A stretch of 32,000 nucleotides of DNA from Candidatus Saccharimonadota bacterium (GTDB lineage: Bacteria; Pseudomonadota; Gammaproteobacteria; Enterobacterales; Enterobacteriaceae): assembly GCF_012562765.1 (NCBI RefSeq), contig NZ_CP046226.1, positions 150,001 to 182,000 of the forward strand, written 5' to 3'. The stretch's first letter is position 1. The number at the start of each line of letters is the position of its first letter. Made by a program: the position numbers and the translations under genes. Shown here in pieces: positions 27,699 to 32,000 of this stretch. Below the pieces are notes generated by a model, which worked only from the letters and a program-made list of their open reading frames with translations, was not told the origin of the DNA and ran no database searches.

Positions 27699-28300
27699 TA
27701 TAGTTGTTGTATATTATTAGTTAAATAATCTGAAATACCTTTTGATGTAGGTATTATACTTTTTTTACCTTTTTCCCATTGAGCAGGACAAACTTCTCCA
27801 TATTTTTCATAATGTTTTAAAGCATCAATCATTCTTATCATTTCATTAATATTTCTACCAAATGGTAAATCATTTACTAATTGATGTCTTATAATACCAT
27901 TTTTATCTATTAAAAATGAAGCTCTTAATGCAATTCCTAATTCAGGATGTTCAATACCATATTTTTGTTGAATTTCTTTTTTAAGATCAGATACTATTGT
28001 AAATTTTATTTTTCCAATTCCACCTTTTTGAATTGGAGTATTACGCCATGCATTATGAGTAAATTGTGAATCACATGAAATACCTAATATTTTTACATTT
28101 CTTTTATTAAAATCATTATAATGATTATTAAATGATATTATTTCTGAAGGACAAACAAATGTAAAATCTAAAGGCCAAAAAAATATAACAGTAATTTTAT
28201 TCTTAGAATATTCTTTAAAATTAAAATTATCAATTATTGAACCATCATTTAAAACAGCTGAAGCATTAAAATCAGGAGCTTTTTTTGTAACTAAAATCAT
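27695..28300 (-). CDS. ahpC: typical 2-Cys peroxiredoxin (AhpC/TsaA family, about 200-aa thioredoxin-dependent type)
   Basis: 201 aa. Peroxidatic Cys in [14 protein letters not shown] and resolving Cys in [20 protein letters not shown] 7 nt before the ATG. Its stop codon overlaps the aroC stop within TTAA (27695-27698). Confidence 0.88.
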   Translation of the reverse strand: MILVTKKAPDFNASAVLNDGSIIDNFNFKEYSKNKITVIFFWPLDFTFVCPSEIISFNNHYNDFNKRNVKILGISCDSQFTHNAWRNTPIQKGGIGKIKFTIVSDLKKEIQQKYGIEHPELGIALRASFLIDKNGIIRHQLVNDLPFGRNINEMIRMIDALKHYEKYGEVCPAQWEKGKKSIIPTSKGISDYLTNNIQQLY

Positions 28301-28432
28301 AATAATTTCCTAAAATTTTGTTTGATCAAATATAATTTTTTGTGTTATTTTATACAATATTTAGTTATCATTCAATTAATTATTTTTAAATATAAAAATA
28401 ATTATAATTTTAATTATTAAGGAATAAAATAA

Positions 28433-28777
28433 ATGAATTTTTTCATTTCTAATATAGAAGCAGCTACACAAAATGACATACATTCTAAAGAAAATATTAT
28501 TTCTTTATTTATTATGATTTTAATTTTTGGTATAATATGTTATTTATTAATAATTAAACCTCAAAATAAAAAAAATAAAGAACAAAAAAAATTAATAGAT
28601 TCTCTTACTAATGGAGATGAAATATTAACAACAGGTGGTATTATTGGTAAAATTATTAAAATTTCAGATTATGGATATATTACTGTTTTAGTAAATAATA
28701 ATAATCAAATTCTTATTAAAAGAGATTTTGTTGTTTCAATTATACCAAAAGGTACTGTAAAAAAATTTTTTTCATAA
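28433..28777 (+). CDS. yajC: preprotein translocase subunit YajC
   Basis: 114 aa. FFIS...AAT, a single TM segment, KPQ.K..KE.KKL.DSL..GDE.LT.GG..G...K....GYI.......IKRDFV....PKGT. Collinear with E. coli YajC and located upstream of secDF. Confidence 0.9.
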   Translation: MNFFISNIEAATQNDIHSKENIISLFIMILIFGIICYLLIIKPQNKKNKEQKKLIDSLTNGDEILTTGGIIGKIIKISDYGYITVLVNNNNQILIKRDFVVSIIPKGTVKKFFS

Positions 28778-28801
28778 TTTATTATTAATAGGAATTTTAT
28801 T

Positions 28802-30628
28802 GTGTTAAATAAGTATTATTGGTGGCAATATATTCTGATAGTTTTATTTATTATAATTGGAATTATATATTCATTACCAAATATATATACAGATATTCCT
28901 ATTATACAAATTAATATTTCTAATAAAAATTTGTCAAAAATAAAAATTTTAGAAAATATTAAAAATAAATTAAATGTTAATAGAATTAGTTATAAAAAAT
29001 ATTTAATTAAAAAAAATAATATTAATATTATTTTTTTTAATATAGAAAACCAATTACAAGCATATAAAATAATTAAAGAAAATTCTAATAATAAATATAG
29101 TGTAATAATAAAATTAATTTCAACTATTCCAAAATGGTTATCTTTTTTAAAAGCTAAACCAATTAAATTAGGATTAGATTTAAAAGGTGGAATATATTTT
29201 TTATTAAGAATTAATAATGATTATATTTTTCAAAAATTAAGAGAACAAAACATTACAGATTTAAAATTAATATTAAATAATAAGAATATTTCATTTCAAT
29301 TAAAAAGATTAAATAATTTTAATTATAAAATTATTTTTAGTAATAATGTAATAAGAAATAAAGTATTTAATTATTTAAAAAATAAAAATAATAATTTTGT
29401 TAATTATATTATAATTAATAATGGTTTATTAGTGTCTATGAAAAACAAATGGTTTTTAGAATTAAAAAAAGCCATTATAGAAAACAATATAGATGTATTA
29501 CGTAAACGAGTTAATCAAATAGGTATTTCTGATTCTATAGTACAAAAAAAAGGAATAGATAATATTATTATAGAACTTCCTGGAATACAAAATCTTTCAG
29601 AAGCAAAAGAAATATTAGGTAGTACAGCAACATTAGAATTTCATTTAGTTGATAATAATATAAATAATATTCAAAATAATAATTTTTCTTATTATTTATG
29701 GAAAAATAAAATTCCTCTTTTTTTAAATAAAAAAATAATAATAGATGGATCTAATATTATTCATTCAAATATTAGTAGAAGTGAATATAATCAACCTCAA
29801 GTAAATATTTTTTTAGATGATAAAGGTGGAAATATTTTATCTAAATTTTCTGAAAAACATATTGGAGATAACATTGCTACAGTATTAGTAAATTATATAA
29901 ATAGTGATAAAAAAGATAAAAAAGGAAATTTTATACAAAATAAAAAAGAAGAAATAATAAATATAGCTACTATAAAATCAAAATTAAATAATAGTTTTGT
30001 AATAACTGGATTAAAAAATATAAAAGAAGCAAAAAATTTATCAATTTTATTAAGATCTGGTTCATTAAGTGCACCTATACAAATAATAGAAGAACAAAAT
30101 ATTGGTCCTTCAGTTGGTAAAGAAAATATTAAAAAAGGAATGAAAGCTTGTATTATAGGTATTTCAATATGTATTATATTTATGATATTTTATTATAATA
30201 TATTTGGTATAATTGCAGTTATTGCTTTATTTATTAATTTAATTTTTATTATAAGTTTACTTTCTCTTTTACCTAATGCTACATTAACAATGTCAGGTAT
30301 TGCAGGAATAGTTTTAACATTAGCTATTGCCATAGATGCAAATGTTTTAATTAATGAAAGAATAAAAGAAGAACTAGATAATGACATATCTATTCAAAAA
30401 GCCATAGATTATGGTTATAAAGGAGCATTTTCTAGTATTTTTGATGCTAATATAACAAATTTAATTATTTCTAGTTTTTTATATAGTTTAGGTTCTAGAG
30501 AAATACAAGGATTTGCTGTTACTACTTTTATTGGTATTTTAACATCTATGTTTACTTCTATAATTATTACTAGAGCAATAGTAAATATTATTTATGGTGG
30601 TAAAAAAATAAAAAAATTACCTATTTAA
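28802..30628 (+). CDS. secD: protein translocase subunit SecD
   Basis: 608 aa. GTG start. N-terminus MLNKYYWWQYILIVLFIIIGIIYSLPNIY parallels E. coli SecD. LGLDLKGG, VELPGIQ-like IIELPGIQN, a large periplasmic domain, and C-terminal RND-like TM helices (LTMSGIAGIVLTLAIAIDANVLI.ERI.EE). Confidence 0.93.
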   Translation: MLNKYYWWQYILIVLFIIIGIIYSLPNIYTDIPIIQINISNKNLSKIKILENIKNKLNVNRISYKKYLIKKNNINIIFFNIENQLQAYKIIKENSNNKYSVIIKLISTIPKWLSFLKAKPIKLGLDLKGGIYFLLRINNDYIFQKLREQNITDLKLILNNKNISFQLKRLNNFNYKIIFSNNVIRNKVFNYLKNKNNNFVNYIIINNGLLVSMKNKWFLELKKAIIENNIDVLRKRVNQIGISDSIVQKKGIDNIIIELPGIQNLSEAKEILGSTATLEFHLVDNNINNIQNNNFSYYLWKNKIPLFLNKKIIIDGSNIIHSNISRSEYNQPQVNIFLDDKGGNILSKFSEKHIGDNIATVLVNYINSDKKDKKGNFIQNKKEEIINIATIKSKLNNSFVITGLKNIKEAKNLSILLRSGSLSAPIQIIEEQNIGPSVGKENIKKGMKACIIGISICIIFMIFYYNIFGIIAVIALFINLIFIISLLSLLPNATLTMSGIAGIVLTLAIAIDANVLINERIKEELDNDISIQKAIDYGYKGAFSSIFDANITNLIISSFLYSLGSREIQGFAVTTFIGILTSMFTSIIITRAIVNIIYGGKKIKKLPI

Positions 30629-30668
30629 TGAATTAATAATTTTATTATTATGGAGAATATTAAATAAT

Positions 30669-31616
30669 ATGTATTTTTTTTTTAAAAAAATAACAAAAAT
30701 TAAACAAAACACAATAAAATATTATGATTTTATGAAATGGAATAACTATGCTTTAGTTATTTCAATAATTTTAATTATATCTTCTATAATTATTATATCA
30801 TATAGAGGTTTAAATTGGGGAATAGATTTTACAGGTGGTACAATAATAGAATTATATTTTAAAAAACCAATTAATAAATTAAATAATACTAGATTATTAA
30901 TTCAAAAATTATATTCTTCAAAAATTGAAATTAATTTAATAAATAATAACCATAATTTAACTATTAAATTATCAAAAAATAAATATATTGTAAAAAATAA
31001 TCAAATAATTGATCCAAATTTAATAAATTTAATACAAAATTTATATAAACAAAAATTTATAATAAAAAAAACTGAATATATAGGTCCTAATATAGGTAAA
31101 AATTTAATTTTATCTGGTATCGCTACTATAATGATTGCATTAATAGGTATATGGACTTATGTAGGCTTACGTTTTGAATGGTATTTAGCATGTAGTACAG
31201 TAATGTCATTACTACATGATTTAATTATTACTATGGGTATAATTTCAATTTTTTATATTGAAATAGATCTTTCTATTATTTCTTCACTTATGTCTATAAT
31301 TTGTTATTCACTTAATGATAGTATTGTTATTTCAGATAGAATACGTGAGAATTGTCATAAATTAAGAAAAAGTAATATTTATTATATTATTAATTTATCA
31401 ATTAATCAAACTCTTAAAAGAAGTATTATTACTTCATTAACAGTATTAACTATGATATTTATTTTATATATTTTTGGAGGAATTATATTAAATAATTTTT
31501 CTTTAATTATGTTTATAGGGGTAATTTTTGGAACTATATCTTCCATATATGTTGTATCATCTGTAGCATTAAAAATGGGTATGAATATTAATCATATGAT
31601 TGATTATAAAAAATAA
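30669..31616 (+). CDS. secF: protein translocase subunit SecF
   Basis: 315 aa. YDFMKW, GLNWGIDFTGGT, EYIGPNIG, YVGLRFEW, HDLIITMGI.S.F.IEIDL.II.SLMS.I.YSLNDSIV.SDRIREN. Collinear with E. coli SecF. Confidence 0.93.
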   Translation: MYFFFKKITKIKQNTIKYYDFMKWNNYALVISIILIISSIIIISYRGLNWGIDFTGGTIIELYFKKPINKLNNTRLLIQKLYSSKIEINLINNNHNLTIKLSKNKYIVKNNQIIDPNLINLIQNLYKQKFIIKKTEYIGPNIGKNLILSGIATIMIALIGIWTYVGLRFEWYLACSTVMSLLHDLIITMGIISIFYIEIDLSIISSLMSIICYSLNDSIVISDRIRENCHKLRKSNIYYIINLSINQTLKRSIITSLTVLTMIFILYIFGGIILNNFSLIMFIGVIFGTISSIYVVSSVALKMGMNINHMIDYKK

Positions 31617-31644
31617 TCATTTTAAATTATTATTTTATCAAAAA

Positions 31645-31673
31645 AATAAGTTTAAATATAATTTAAACTTATT
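31645..31673. terminator. perfect 13-bp-stem palindrome between convergent secF and rsmC (putative bidirectional terminator)
   Basis: aataagtttaaat-ata-atttaaacttatt has 13 perfect pairs and a 3-nt loop. It is flanked on the left by an A7 run, which is a U-tract for the minus-strand rsmC transcript. On the right a second small hairpin (aagtt-a-aactt) is followed by aattttt. The stem has only one G:C pair, so it is weak. Confidence 0.4.
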
Positions 31674-31703
31674 AAGTTAAACTTAATTTTTATATTAAAT
31701 TAA

Positions 31704-32000
31704 TTAAATATTTTTAATACTATATACAGTAAAACTTTTATTTTTACATAAAATATTAATTTTAAAAATTTTTTTAAATAATTTTAAATATGGTAAAAAA
31801 TTATTTGCAACAAAACGAAGTTCTCCACCATATTTTAAATAATTTCTTGCATTATAAATAATTTTATATATTACATCTAAAGAATAATGTAATCCTATAT
31901 GAAAAGGTGGATTAGATATAATTAAATCAAATTTTTTATTAATATTAGAATATATATTACTAGGAAATACATATGTATTTTTAATATTATTTATAAAAAT
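31704..32000 (-). CDS. rsmC: 16S rRNA (guanine1207-N2)-methyltransferase RsmC, C-terminal part (5' end lies beyond the window)
   Basis: Not in the ORF track because there is no start codon in the window. My minus-strand translation from 32000 reads IFINNIKNTYVFPSNIYSNINKKFDLIISNPPFHIGLHYSLDVIYKIIYNARNYLKYGGELRFVANNFLPYLKLF...FTVYSIKNI*. This parallels the E. coli RsmC C-terminus (FDMIISNPPFH...GGELRIVANAFLPY...FKVYRAI). Stop codon at 31704-31706. Confidence 0.8.
   Translation of the reverse strand: MFINNIKNTYVFPSNIYSNINKKFDLIISNPPFHIGLHYSLDVIYKIIYNARNYLKYGGELRFVANNFLPYLKLFKKIFKINILCKNKSFTVYSIKNI

Noticed and set aside
30193-30387. 64-aa ORF on the - strand inside secD
   Set aside because: It is antisense to the conserved secD transmembrane region and is a shadow ORF.
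1-32000. Search for CRISPR arrays, IS or transposon ends, integrases, toxin-antitoxin pairs, restriction-modification or other defence genes, and secondary-metabolite genes
   Set aside because: Every ORF over 100 aa except 10337-10810 is accounted for by a conserved housekeeping gene. No long direct or inverted repeats and no spaced repeat arrays were seen in the intergenic regions.

Overview
The window is extremely AT-rich. By eye it is well under 25% G+C, and the intergenic DNA is almost free of G/C. It is gene-dense and I found no mobile elements, CRISPR arrays, defence islands or long repeats. This is the signature of a reduced obligate-endosymbiont gammaproteobacterial genome. Protein sequences and gene order closely follow the E. 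coli/Vibrio-type core layout; the taxon cannot be named without a database search. Order of content: (1) a dcw cluster holding only the methyltransferase and lipid-II synthesis genes (rsmH, murE, murF, mraY, murD, murG, murC, ddl); (2) a 157-aa minus-strand ORF divergent from secA, possibly DciA/DUF721-like; (3) secA; (4) dnaK-dnaJ on the minus strand with a well preserved sigma-32 promoter; (5) pepA, valS, argI/argF, ridA and a lone potD; (6) trhO on the minus strand; (7) divergent tRNA-Leu(CAA) and tRNA-Asn(GUU); (8) prmB, aroC and a 2-Cys peroxiredoxin on the minus strand; (9) yajC-secD-secF; (10) the 3' part of rsmC on the minus strand, running off the window. I see no self-contained novel multi-gene system; this is core housekeeping DNA. 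The points most worth follow-up are: every cell-division gene is cleanly absent from an otherwise intact, translationally coupled peptidoglycan-precursor cluster; the unassigned ORF next to secA; the orphan potD; and the retained heat-shock promoter. All homology calls come from my own recognition of motifs in the supplied translations, not from searches.
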